Assembly: GCA_964474245.1 (NCBI GenBank)
Contig: CAYYRY010000001.1
Span: forward strand, 222-44,679
DNA: 44,458 nt
Source of the DNA: an uncultured Ruminococcus sp.
GTDB lineage: Bacteria > Bacillota > Clostridia > Oscillospirales > CAG-272
Direction of reading: 5' to 3'
Of the stretch, positions 17,938 to 27,155 are shown in pieces (the first letter of the stretch is position 1; every line of letters begins with the position of its first letter). The position numbers and the translations under genes are program-made. Under the pieces are notes generated by a model, which was not told the origin of the DNA, did no database searches, and worked only from the letters and a program-made list of their open reading frames with translations.

Positions 17938-19266
17938 ATGAATAAAAAAATCAAAGCCCCCTTCTTTGACAAGGCATATCTGAAGAAGGTGGGACTCTAT
18001 ATAGCCGTAACCCTGCTTGCCATATGCGCTATTCTCTATATCGGATATCATATATCCGGAAGCATGAAGGAAACCATATCCATCATGTACGCGAGAAGCG
18101 AGACCATATCTCAAAGTGTCACGGGTCAGGCATATATAATAAGAGACGAAAGTCCCATCGACGATAACGTGGGCGGATATCTGTCTCCCGTACTTCGCGA
18201 TGGTTCAAAGGTCAGAATCGGAGACCGTGTGGCAGACGTATACTCAACATCCTCCGCCGTGACGGAATCAAAGATCGCGCTTCTTGAGGAGCAGATAGCA
18301 TTCTACGAAAAATGCCGCAATTCTCATCTGAGCGTTGGTGACTCCTCCGCTGTACACAAAGAGCTTTCCACCGATATACTCTCACTTCGCAGAGCAGCGG
18401 AATCAGGAAACATCAGCAGTGCGTTGTCACTAAAATCTTCGCTGGCACTGGATATCAGACGTCTCGGTGTTCTGACGGGCAAAGTCAGCGATATTGACGG
18501 ACGCATCAGTGCATTGACCACCGAGCTTAATTCACTCAAAGCTACCATGGGCTCCGTTATCAAAACTATATACGCACCGTCATCCGGCTACTACTTCTCA
18601 TACACCGACGGATATGAAGGTGTATTCTCCTCTGCAAATATTGATGGTGTTACGTATTCCGACGTGATCGACATGATCGAACGTGCATCTGTCACAGAGG
18701 ATGCTGATGGAAATACCACCGCAGGCAAGATAGTAAACAGCTTCAAGTGGTACGTAGCCTGTCGAATGAGTGCATCTGATGCCTCAAGATACACCGTAGG
18801 TTACAGCTATGACGTCATCCTGAAAAACAACGCCGCATCTCCCGTGACAATGAAAATGTACAAAACTCTGACCAACGGCACAGAAGCCGTAGCCCTGTTT
18901 GAATGCTCGGTAATGCCTGAGTCATTTGATTACACAAGGAGCCAAAGCTACGAGATCGTATATGATGAGGTAACAGGCTTCAAGGTGCCAATATCCGCCG
19001 TAAGAATCCACGACGGATACGAAGGAGTATACATCCTCGATGAAGTAACCGTCAAGTTTCGCCGCATATCCGTAATAGGTGAGGAAAACGGAAACTTCCT
19101 TTGTGAGATCGTAACCGAAGACTCCGAGTCCGAAGAAACCACATCAGAAACAGGTGATACTGCCACAACCGGTGATGATGAGCCCTACTACGCATATCTG
19201 AGAGAAAACGACGTAATAATCAAAAGCGGGACCGGTCTTCACGTTGGTATGACGTATAATCCGTAA
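17938..19266 (+). CDS. Membrane-anchored HlyD/membrane-fusion-protein-like protein (function unknown)
   Basis: It has an N-terminal TM anchor, a barrel-sandwich-like segment, a coiled-coil region and a beta-rich C-terminus. AAAGGAGG lies upstream. The product call is tentative. Confidence 0.55.
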   Translation: MNKKIKAPFFDKAYLKKVGLYIAVTLLAICAILYIGYHISGSMKETISIMYARSETISQSVTGQAYIIRDESPIDDNVGGYLSPVLRDGSKVRIGDRVADVYSTSSAVTESKIALLEEQIAFYEKCRNSHLSVGDSSAVHKELSTDILSLRRAAESGNISSALSLKSSLALDIRRLGVLTGKVSDIDGRISALTTELNSLKATMGSVIKTIYAPSSGYYFSYTDGYEGVFSSANIDGVTYSDVIDMIERASVTEDADGNTTAGKIVNSFKWYVACRMSASDASRYTVGYSYDVILKNNAASPVTMKMYKTLTNGTEAVALFECSVMPESFDYTRSQSYEIVYDEVTGFKVPISAVRIHDGYEGVYILDEVTVKFRRISVIGEENGNFLCEIVTEDSESEETTSETGDTATTGDDEPYYAYLRENDVIIKSGTGLHVGMTYNP

Positions 19267-19302
19267 AAGGCTCGACTCTGTATCAGCAAAAAACAATAAA
19301 CT

Positions 19303-19350
19303 CAAGCTCCCGTTTTCTCCATTCGCGTAAATGGAGAAAACGGGAGCTTG
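19303..19350. repeat. Perfect 20-bp-stem hairpin
   Basis: CAAGCTCCCGTTTTCTCCAT - 8 nt - ATGGAGAAAACGGGAGCTTG. The T-run is on the minus-sense side only. Confidence 0.85.
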
Positions 19351-19356
19351 ACACAC

Positions 19357-19389
19357 AAAAAAGCGGAGCTTAGACTCCGCCTTTTTATT
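19357..19389. terminator. Bidirectional intrinsic terminator
   Basis: The sequence runs A-run, GCGGAG, 6-nt loop, CTCCGC, T-run, and sits between convergent genes. Confidence 0.7.
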
Positions 19390-19409
19390 GTGCTTGGTTT
19401 AGAATCCGA

Positions 19410-19688
19410 TTACTGCTGACCCTTGATCTCTGCAAAACAATCGCTGCAGTATACAGGTCTGTCGCTGTTGGGCTGGAAAGGAACTTTAGCTTCCTTGCCG
19501 CACTTGTGGCAGACTGTGGTAAACATTTCTCTGGGTTCGCGGTTTGCATTCTTGCGTGCATCGCGGCAAGCCTTGCATCTCTGAGGCTCGTTCTGGAATC
19601 CCTTCTCTGCGTAGAATTCCTGTTCGCCGGCAGTGAATACGAAATCGTTACCGCATTCCTTGCACTTAAGGGTCTTGTCCTGGTACAT
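19410..19688 (-). CDS. Zinc-ribbon protein (zf-trcl-like N-terminus plus CxxC-x17-CxxC module)
   Basis: It has four CxxC pairs (CKEC, CKAC, CHKC, CSDC), with 17 residues between the last two pairs. Confidence 0.7.
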   Translation of the reverse strand: MYQDKTLKCKECGNDFVFTAGEQEFYAEKGFQNEPQRCKACRDARKNANREPREMFTTVCHKCGKEAKVPFQPNSDRPVYCSDCFAEIKGQQ

Positions 19689-19827
19689 CTTGTGTTCCCT
19701 CGCTTTAAATAATGGAAAAAATTTCTGCCCTCGACGGAATCAAACCGTCACCTTTGAAAACAACGCTCTTACATTAAGCTATACGGGCGTATATATACAG
19801 CATTTCTGCTTGTATTCAATTGTTTGT

Positions 19828-20400
19828 TCAGCCTTTCAGCTTAACTCTGATCCTGTACAGAGCATTGTTAATCGACTTTACGTCTTTGCCGAGCTCCTCG
19901 GCTATCTCCGGAATTTTCTTACCCTCGGCATATGCACACAGCACAGACCTTTCATATGAAGATAACGTATCCCCGCGCTCCCTTATCAGAGCATCTACGG
20001 TGCTGCGAGACAGAGCTGCAGATGACACTACAGCAACCTCTGAAAGCTCTTTATGCGCCTGACGTTCCATGCGCCTCTTCTTAGCCATCAGGCGCCTTAT
20101 CTGCGATGTCATGGCATTTCGAACACATATCTTGGCATACAAACCAAATGTAACCTCCAAACCGTCTCCTGCAGGGTCATACTTCAAAGCAGCACGATAC
20201 AAGGCAAGTCGTGCCTCCTGTTTCATATCCTCGACATCGTCGAGAGAAACTTCAAGCCCCGATCTTTCCATAAAAGCAACGGCAGAGTGCGCAGATGATT
20301 CAATGAGAGAAGAATATATCACCGTCAATCTTTCAAAAGCGAGGTCATCACCTTTGACGGTATCGGCTAACAGTTCCAGTATCTTTTCGTCTGTACGCAA
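19828..20400 (-). CDS. Sigma-70 family (ECF-like) RNA polymerase sigma factor
   Basis: It has a region 2-like segment (EARLALYRAALKYDP...FGLYAKICVRNAM) and a region 4 HTH (IPEIAEELGKDVKSINNALYRIRVKLK). The start is TTG. Confidence 0.75.
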   Translation of the reverse strand: MRTDEKILELLADTVKGDDLAFERLTVIYSSLIESSAHSAVAFMERSGLEVSLDDVEDMKQEARLALYRAALKYDPAGDGLEVTFGLYAKICVRNAMTSQIRRLMAKKRRMERQAHKELSEVAVVSSAALSRSTVDALIRERGDTLSSYERSVLCAYAEGKKIPEIAEELGKDVKSINNALYRIRVKLKG

Positions 20401-20447
20401 TTTCTACCTGCCATATCATCATAACCATTTTTCAGGGTAGTGAACTT

Positions 20448-20476
20448 ATTATATCACTATTTTACAAATTCGTCAA
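20448..20476 (-). promoter_or_regulatory. Near-consensus sigma-A promoter of the sigma-factor gene (TTGACG-17-TATAAT with TGn)
   Basis: On the minus strand, the -35 is at 20476-20471 and the -10 at 20453-20448. Confidence 0.5.
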
Positions 20477-20558
20477 TAGTTTTTTCAAAAATATACTCAT
20501 ATATTGAAAAAAATATTGGATTTATACATCATTTATTGTTCTTTTTCGCCAAAATCAT

Positions 20559-21236
20559 TCATTCTTCGAATAAATAATTCACATTGCCTGTCAGAAGCGC
20601 AACTATTCCTCTCATAACAACATCAGGCTTTTCATCGAAATTAAGTCTCATTCTGTTAAGCTGATGGACGGAATCTGCTCTTAGTGCAAGCTCCAAGGAT
20701 ACGCCGTCCTTATCTTTGATAGAGCACTTGAATATAAAATTATCTCCGCTTCTCTCAAAGGTCTGATCACAAACGGCTCCTCTTCTTTCAAGAGAAAGAT
20801 GACGCATGGCACTGATATAGCTCTTCTCTCTAACAGCAGACATCAGAATATTCTCCGACAAGCTGCGTGCGATCAGCTTTCCTGTTTCGGTGACCGTATA
20901 GAGCTTGTTTTTGTTACTCAGATCCTCACCTGAGGGACGTTTGTACTTTACTTCACCGGAAAACGCAGTTTCGCTCATGGCTTCGTCAGCAGAACCTCCC
21001 GTGCCGTTTGACTGAGCCGGTTCACCGTGAATTATATTTCCTTCCTCGTCAATTAATGCAATATGTCCCGCCTCTACCAGCTCACAAAAATACTCGCAAT
21101 ATGCAAAATAATCGATTATTCCGTCTCTGATAACAATAGTTCCGAGATCGGAATAGCTGAGAGGATAACCGATCCTGTCAAGAAGATACAGAATAAATAT
21201 TTTTATTTCTTCGGGACTTTTCAACGTCATTTTCAT
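20559..21236 (-). CDS. DUF4364-like protein (winged-helix N-terminus)
   Basis: The N-terminus (IKIFILYLLDRIGYPLSYSDLG) is PadR-like or DUF4364-like. I prefer the start at 21236 (MKMTLK), with GGAG 6 nt upstream. Confidence 0.55.
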   Translation of the reverse strand: MKMTLKSPEEIKIFILYLLDRIGYPLSYSDLGTIVIRDGIIDYFAYCEYFCELVEAGHIALIDEEGNIIHGEPAQSNGTGGSADEAMSETAFSGEVKYKRPSGEDLSNKNKLYTVTETGKLIARSLSENILMSAVREKSYISAMRHLSLERRGAVCDQTFERSGDNFIFKCSIKDKDGVSLELALRADSVHQLNRMRLNFDEKPDVVMRGIVALLTGNVNYLFEE

Positions 21237-21397
21237 AGAAATCTCCATTCAGCCTTTTTCTGAGCAAGCAGGACAGCTTTGTTCAGGATAAGATAGCTCT
21301 CTCCGGTTTCATCCTGCCACGGCTGTGAGTAAAATATTTGTGCCCGAGGGAACCATCGGACGTCATAAATCCCGATAATTCGACCATGCGGCAAAGA

Positions 21398-21428
21398 CAA
21401 GGCTTCCGACACTCAGACGGAAGCCTTG
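21398..21428 (-). terminator. Stem-loop after the OppA-like gene
   Basis: An 11-bp stem (CAAGGCTTCCG / CGGAAGCCTTG) is followed by a short T-run on the minus sense. Confidence 0.5.
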
Positions 21429-21455
21429 AAATAGTCTTATACAGATTGATACGGT

Positions 21456-23264
21456 TTATTCAACGTCAGCCACGCCGCCTGCTTCCTCGGTCTCTTCTTC
21501 CTTATAATCCATGTAATTCTTCATCTTTACACGCTTGAAATCAGTTACGCCGTAGTAATCTGTCTCAAATCCGGAAAGAAGCTTAGAGTTTACGTAAGCA
21601 GACTGGAGAGTAACGATGGGACAAACAGGCATATCGTTAAGGAGAAGTGCTTCTGCCTCGTGAAGGAGTGCAGCTCTTTCCTTGGCATCAGTTGTTACAA
21701 ATGCCTTTTCGATGAGCTCGATGTATGCATCACTGTTATATCCGGTTACATGAGCAAAATACTCATACTTGTACTCGCCGTTTTCATCAGCAGCCATGTC
21801 AATTCCGTTACCGGAGAAGTCAGCAGCAAACTGAGAAAGCATATTAAATGCGTCGGGGGAAGCCATCGTCATATCAACTGCAATAACGTCGAACTCGCCG
21901 GATGCATAAGCCTCGTCGTATTCATCAACGGTGTAGTTGGTAACAGACTTAGTAGCAGGGTCGATACCACTCTCAGCTCTTGTACCGGTCTTCTCGACCT
22001 TTACATTGAATCCGAGATCACCCCATACGCCTGCAACATACTCAGCAACAGCAATGTCAGCCTCGTTGTCACGAACGGTAATGGAGAAGCTGCCCTTTGT
22101 AACGCCTGCAGACTTAAGAAGGTTCTTAGCCTCATCAACATTAGCGGTGGAATCTATAAGCTTGCCGCCCTCTTTTCTGAAGGAGGTCTTGTATGTAGTG
22201 TTAAATACACCGTTGGGAACGATACCCTCAGCAGCCTTAGCAAATGTAAGGATCTCAGCTACCTTCTCGCGGTCGATAGCGAGAGAAAGTGCACGGCGAA
22301 CCTCAGCCTTTTCAAAGAGCTTGTTCGTTGTGTTGAAGTAATAGGTATGAGTAGACATGAGGTCTGAAACGGTTGCCTGCTTTTCGTAGTTTGCACGCTC
22401 AGCAAGAGGAAGGTTTCCGAGATAGAATACACCTTCGGATCCGTAAGCCTCAAGAGCCTCGGAGAGATCCATGGAGTGATCGGTAACAAGTCTGTAGGGA
22501 ATTACGTACTTGTCAAGGTACTCGTTAGCCTCTGTATCACGGTAGTAGTAGCTGGAACGTTCAAGTCTGAGCTCACCGTCATCGTTTACAGCCTTCACAG
22601 CGAAGGGACCGTTGGAGATAACAGCATTGGAAACGGATGACCAAGAATCACCGTATCTTGAAAGAACGTCCTCACGGAGGGGAACAAGAGCTATAGAAGA
22701 AAGATTTGTAAAGAATCTGTCAAGGTCTACATTTTCATTTTCGAAGGTAACCTTAAGGGTATATGTATCAACAGCAGATACACCGAGGTCGTCCACGGAG
22801 ACATCACCGAGATTGATAGCTCTTGCATTCTTAACGTCGTAAAGGAGAGATGCAGCCTCACCCTTGTTGTTTGCATCAACAAGTCTCTTCCAGGATGTAA
22901 CGAAGTCGCCCGCCTGAACAGTACGTCCGTCGGTCCACTTGGAATCCTTGAGTTCGATATTAACGGAATAGCCGTCACGGTCGTTTTCATTGATCGTGTA
23001 GCTTTCCATCATAGCTTTTTCCCACTTACCCTTGGAATTGAGCTTTGTGAGACCTTCAAAAAGAAGGTGTAATACTTTAAGCTTGGAATCATCGTTAACT
23101 GACTGCTGGGGGTCGAAGTCAAACACTTCGTCTGCCAGATACATAGTAATGACAGCACCGCGGTCATAGTTACCGTCTGCATCCTTCTCAAGTGTCGTAC
23201 CGCAACCGGTAAGTGCAGCCGACAGAAGAACGAGAGCTAAGGTCATGGCGAGTAATTTTTTCAT
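21456..23264 (-). CDS. Family-5 (OppA/DppA-like) peptide ABC transporter substrate-binding lipoprotein, orphan
   Basis: The start at 23264 (MKKLLAMTLALVLLSAALTGC) follows AGGAGG. It has lipobox LTGC and is about 600 aa. No cognate permease or ATPase genes are adjacent. Confidence 0.8.
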   Translation of the reverse strand: MKKLLAMTLALVLLSAALTGCGTTLEKDADGNYDRGAVITMYLADEVFDFDPQQSVNDDSKLKVLHLLFEGLTKLNSKGKWEKAMMESYTINENDRDGYSVNIELKDSKWTDGRTVQAGDFVTSWKRLVDANNKGEAASLLYDVKNARAINLGDVSVDDLGVSAVDTYTLKVTFENENVDLDRFFTNLSSIALVPLREDVLSRYGDSWSSVSNAVISNGPFAVKAVNDDGELRLERSSYYYRDTEANEYLDKYVIPYRLVTDHSMDLSEALEAYGSEGVFYLGNLPLAERANYEKQATVSDLMSTHTYYFNTTNKLFEKAEVRRALSLAIDREKVAEILTFAKAAEGIVPNGVFNTTYKTSFRKEGGKLIDSTANVDEAKNLLKSAGVTKGSFSITVRDNEADIAVAEYVAGVWGDLGFNVKVEKTGTRAESGIDPATKSVTNYTVDEYDEAYASGEFDVIAVDMTMASPDAFNMLSQFAADFSGNGIDMAADENGEYKYEYFAHVTGYNSDAYIELIEKAFVTTDAKERAALLHEAEALLLNDMPVCPIVTLQSAYVNSKLLSGFETDYYGVTDFKRVKMKNYMDYKEEETEEAGGVADVE

Positions 23265-23371
23265 TGGGAAGAACCTCCTGAGATGGTTTTCGTTCAAACA
23301 TACGATGATATCGGTATGTATTAACTGATATTATGAATTCACAAAGATCTGAATACTTTGGATTCCATTAT

Positions 23372-23400
23372 ATTATATCACTTTTTTGTCCGATAATCAA
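23372..23400 (-). promoter_or_regulatory. Putative promoter of the OppA-like gene (TTGATT-17-TATAAT with TGn)
   Basis: On the minus strand, the -35 is at 23400-23395 and the -10 at 23377-23372. Confidence 0.45.
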
Positions 23401-23420
23401 TAATACTTTTTTTACCTTGA

Positions 23421-23435
23421 AATTTTCATAAACTT
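23421..23435. promoter_or_regulatory. CodY-box-like sequence AATTTTCATAAACTT
   Basis: It matches 13 of 15 positions of AATTTTCWGAAAATT and lies about 20 bp upstream of the -35 of the OppA-like gene. Whether the host has CodY is unknown. Confidence 0.25.
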
Positions 23436-23548
23436 GCACAATTTGCACTCATTTTTTTGTGCAATATTTCCCGGTTTTTCCGCAAAAATTACCCTGAGCT
23501 TGACCTTTTATATGCTATTTTACTGAAATATTTCTCCGAAACGCATTC

Positions 23549-24091
23549 TCACGGCAAGTCAAAGCTGTATTCCGCAATTCTCGTCATATCCCCGCGAATG
23601 ATCTCAGCTCTGAGAGGATATCCGTCAGGTGATAAAGTGAGTCCGACATCGTACCCTGAAACAGAAAAAACAAACTGTCCTTCAGGGGAATATTCCTCTG
23701 CCTTTGCCTCCCTTGACACGACTTCAAATACAGCTCCGAGTCCCGCAGAGGCCTCTTCACTTATCATGAATTCGACCTTGCCGCCCTCGGTGAATACCCT
23801 CATTCCGTCAACGTCATCGGTTATCACCGCACCTTCAAGCTCGGAGGGGGACGTCACCACAGCTCTTGTCACACCTCCGACACGCTCTGCCTCCATTACT
23901 ACCAACCTTGTCGCATCTGATATCCTGACCGTATATTTAAGGTCACCATCAGTATAGCCGGAGGGTGTGGGCTTCACCACGGAATTTTCATCTGAATGCT
24001 TTGCTTCCGACGAGTCAAATACTCTTCCCACCGAACAGGAAGCAAGCACAAGCGCACACAGCAGGCAAAATGCCGCTTTTAAGTATTTCAT
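23549..24091 (-). CDS. Hypothetical lipoprotein
   Basis: The start at 24091 (MKYLKAAFCLLCALVLASC) follows GGAGG, and the signal has lipobox LASC. I recognise no domain. Confidence 0.6.
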   Translation of the reverse strand: MKYLKAAFCLLCALVLASCSVGRVFDSSEAKHSDENSVVKPTPSGYTDGDLKYTVRISDATRLVVMEAERVGGVTRAVVTSPSELEGAVITDDVDGMRVFTEGGKVEFMISEEASAGLGAVFEVVSREAKAEEYSPEGQFVFSVSGYDVGLTLSPDGYPLRAEIIRGDMTRIAEYSFDLP

Positions 24092-24223
24092 AAAAACACC
24101 TCCCGAATTTTCACGTGTCAATTCTATATTATTCAGCACCTTACGGTTTAATACCCGATCCCCACTTAACGGATAATAACGGCGAAGCACAGAAAACCCA
24201 CCGTCATAAAAGTCAAAAAACTA

Positions 24224-24252
24224 TTGTCACGGCGGATAAAACATGATATACT
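24224..24252 (+). promoter_or_regulatory. Putative promoter of alr (TTGTCA-17-TATACT with TGn)
   Basis: The -35 is at 24224-24229 and the -10 at 24247-24252. Confidence 0.4.
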
Positions 24253-24299
24253 ATAATTGATGATCTATGATCTACTTTATAGAGAAAGAAGCACTACAC

Positions 24300-25472
24300 A
24301 TGGATGATATATATGATTCTCTGAGGACCTGGGCAGAAGTCGATCTGGATGCCGTCAGAGAAAACCACCGTGCGCTCAAGCGTCTTCTCCCCGAGGACGT
24401 AAAGATCGCTGCTGTAATAAAGGCAAACGCATACGGTCACGGGGCAAGACGTATTGCAAGACTCCTTGAAAACGACGTGGACTACTTTGCCGTTGCCATG
24501 ACCGACGAGGCTGAGGAGCTTCGCCGCGACGGTGTCAGAAAGCCGATACTCGTCCTTGCCCACACCCCCGCGGGAGATCTGCCTCGTCTTGCGGGATACA
24601 ACATAGAAACCTCCGTATCCACCATAGAGGAGGCAAAGGAGATATCAAGCTACGCCGCATCCCGAGGAACGGTCATCGGCATACACGTCACCATTGACAC
24701 GGGAATGTGCCGCATAGGCTTCTCCTGCACGGAGGAATCAGTGTATCTCATATCCGAAATATCAAAGATGGAGGGTATCGAGATACGCGGCGTATTCAGC
24801 CACTTCGCCGCCGCAGACAGCGAAGACCCCGCGTATACCTCAATGCAGGCGCAAAAGTTTGACAGCATGACGTCCGCCCTTGAAAAGGCAGGCGTAAGCA
24901 TACCCATCCGCCACATCTGCAACAGTGCGGGAGCCGTAACCCTTGCAAACAAATACGACATGGTACGCGAGGGTATTCTCCTGTACGGCATCCCTCCCTC
25001 AAGCGAAACTGATCTGTCACAGTTCGGAGAGGTATCTCCCGCAATGTCCTTCCGCACCCACGTGTCGGGACTCAGACGGGTACCCGCAGGTACGCCCGTC
25101 AGCTACGGATGCACCTACGTGACCGAGAGAGAAAGCGTCATCGCCACCCTTCAGGCAGGCTATGCGGACGGTGTTCCGAGACTGTTGTCGGGCAAAGGCG
25201 ACGTGCTCATCAACGGACGCCGTGCACCCATCGCAGGAAGGGTGTGCATGGACCAGATGATGGTCGATGTAACGGATATCCCGGGTGTCAGGGTTGGTGA
25301 CAATGCCACCATATTCGGGCGCGACGGAGACGAATTCATCTCCGCCGACGAGGTTGCCGCCCACGCAGGAACCATCGGATACGAGATCGTATGCGGAATA
25401 TCCCGCCGCGTACCGAGAGTATATACGGAAGACGGAAACATCACGGGTATTTCCCGCATGCTCAGAAACTGA
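24300..25472 (+). CDS. alr: Alanine racemase
   Basis: It has the PLP-lysine motif AVIKANAYGHG, a typical length, and a C-terminal beta domain. Confidence 0.9.
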   Translation: MDDIYDSLRTWAEVDLDAVRENHRALKRLLPEDVKIAAVIKANAYGHGARRIARLLENDVDYFAVAMTDEAEELRRDGVRKPILVLAHTPAGDLPRLAGYNIETSVSTIEEAKEISSYAASRGTVIGIHVTIDTGMCRIGFSCTEESVYLISEISKMEGIEIRGVFSHFAAADSEDPAYTSMQAQKFDSMTSALEKAGVSIPIRHICNSAGAVTLANKYDMVREGILLYGIPPSSETDLSQFGEVSPAMSFRTHVSGLRRVPAGTPVSYGCTYVTERESVIATLQAGYADGVPRLLSGKGDVLINGRRAPIAGRVCMDQMMVDVTDIPGVRVGDNATIFGRDGDEFISADEVAAHAGTIGYEIVCGISRRVPRVYTEDGNITGISRMLRN

Positions 25473-25516
25473 CGCATAAACATAAAAACCGAATTATTTG
25501 AAAAGGAACAGACGAC

Positions 25517-27064
25517 ATGGAAATGAAGATAAAGATGCTTGACGGCGAGGTATGGTACGGCCCGTCAAGCAAGCACGGTCAGCAGATGCCCCACGACAAG
25601 GACAGCAAATACTGGGTAGATATCGAAACGTCTGCCACCTGCAACCAGGATAACCCCCTCCTTATTTCAAACTTAGGTCGCTTCATCTTTGCCCCCCTCG
25701 GATTTACTCTCACCATTGAAAACGGCGAGATAGACGTATCCTCCCGTTTCGGCAAGATAGATTTTGCCGAAGGCTACGGTACCCTGAAGGGCGCGTTTAC
25801 CGAAGCGTGCCGCAGATACTTCCCTCCACGCGGCGGAATTCCCCCGGAGGAATTCTTCCGCATTCCCCAGTATAACACGTGGATCGAGCTAATCTACGAC
25901 CAGACTCAGGAGAGAGTTATGCGCTATGCCCACGGCATCATCGACAACAGTATGCCAGCGGGTATCATCATGGTAGACGACGGCTGGAACGACTATTACG
26001 GAAGCTTCCGCTTCTCAAAGGAAAAGTTCCCGGATCCCGCCGCAATGTGCCGTGAGCTTCACGAAATGGGCTTCAAGATCATGATGTGGATCTGCCCATT
26101 CATCTCCCCCGACTCCCCCGAATCCCGTTATCTCCATGAAAAAGGAATGCTCGTCCGCAGAAACGACCGCAAATACGCGGCGACTGCATCCCCCGTTTCC
26201 GCAGTGCGCGAGTGGTGGAACGGCTGGTCAAACGTTCTTGACATGACCAACCCCGAAACTGAAGCTTGGCTTGACGAAAAGCTTCGCGTACTCATGGATG
26301 AATACGGCGTTGACGGCTTCAAGCTTGACGCAGGAGACGCGCTCTACTACTTTGAGGACGATATTACATATAAGAAGGTAACTCCCGCAGAACACGCCGC
26401 CCTCTGGAACAAGTACGGCGCAAAGTACGCGTATAACGAGTTCCGTGCATCCTTTGGATGTGCGGGTATGCCTCTGGTGCAGAGACTTCACGACAAGGCT
26501 CACGCATGGGAGGACGGTGTTGCGGCTCTCGTTCCCGATACGGTAACTCAGAGCATCCTCGGATACGCATACGTATGTCCCGACATGATCGGCGGAGGCT
26601 CCTTCGTTGACTTCCTCCCCGGCTCCACCACCTTCGACGACGAGCTTCTCGTCCGTTACTGCGAGGCGGCGGCGCTGATGCCAATGATGCAGTTCTCCCT
26701 TGCACCGTGGCGCGTGCTTGACGACGAAAAGTATCAGATAATCCACAAGATGTCCGCACTCCACGAGAAGTATGCGGATAAGATAATCAGCCTTGCAAAG
26801 GCGGCGTCCGTTACGGGAGAGCCTATCGTCAGAAGCCTTGAGTACACCTTCCCCCACAGCGGATTTGAGCGATGCTTCGACTGCTTCATGCTCGGCGAGG
26901 ACGTACTCGTTGCTCCCGTAGTGGAAAAAGGTGCCGTTACCCGTACTCTCGCACTTCCCGAAGGCAAATGGGAGGACGACATGGGTGTCGTACACAACGG
27001 TGGATGCGAGATAACCGTAGATGCCCCCCTTGACAGGTTGCCTTATTTTACGAAGATCGGGTAA
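25517..27064 (+). CDS. Glycoside hydrolase family 31-like protein
   Basis: It has the motifs IIMVDDGW and GVDGFKLDAGD in a (beta/alpha)8-type context. Substrate specificity is unknown. Confidence 0.7.
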   Translation: MEMKIKMLDGEVWYGPSSKHGQQMPHDKDSKYWVDIETSATCNQDNPLLISNLGRFIFAPLGFTLTIENGEIDVSSRFGKIDFAEGYGTLKGAFTEACRRYFPPRGGIPPEEFFRIPQYNTWIELIYDQTQERVMRYAHGIIDNSMPAGIIMVDDGWNDYYGSFRFSKEKFPDPAAMCRELHEMGFKIMMWICPFISPDSPESRYLHEKGMLVRRNDRKYAATASPVSAVREWWNGWSNVLDMTNPETEAWLDEKLRVLMDEYGVDGFKLDAGDALYYFEDDITYKKVTPAEHAALWNKYGAKYAYNEFRASFGCAGMPLVQRLHDKAHAWEDGVAALVPDTVTQSILGYAYVCPDMIGGGSFVDFLPGSTTFDDELLVRYCEAAALMPMMQFSLAPWRVLDDEKYQIIHKMSALHEKYADKIISLAKAASVTGEPIVRSLEYTFPHSGFERCFDCFMLGEDVLVAPVVEKGAVTRTLALPEGKWEDDMGVVHNGGCEITVDAPLDRLPYFTKIG

Positions 27065-27074
27065 ATTAATCAAA

Positions 27075-27116
27075 AACCTTCCGTTTTTTCATAAAGCGGA
27101 AGGTTTTATTTTTTTA
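27075..27116 (+). terminator. Intrinsic terminator after GH31 gene
   Basis: The stem AACCTTCCG / CGGAAGGTT is followed by a long T-run. Confidence 0.75.
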
Positions 27117-27155
27117 TTTGAATTCTTCACCTGTAATGAGGTAAAATGCCCTATG

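Noticed and set aside
19726-19788. A tRNA-like fragment on the minus strand between the sigma gene and the zinc-ribbon gene. It has a D-arm-like GCTT-AATGTAA-GAGC and a T-arm-like GACGG-TTTGATT-CCGTC.
   Set aside because: Only 15 nt separate the two arms, so there is no anticodon stem, and the putative acceptor strands pair at only 4 of 7 positions. It is more simply the 5' UTR hairpin of the zinc-ribbon gene, downstream of a possible TTGAAT-16-TATATA promoter. tRNAscan-SE would settle it.
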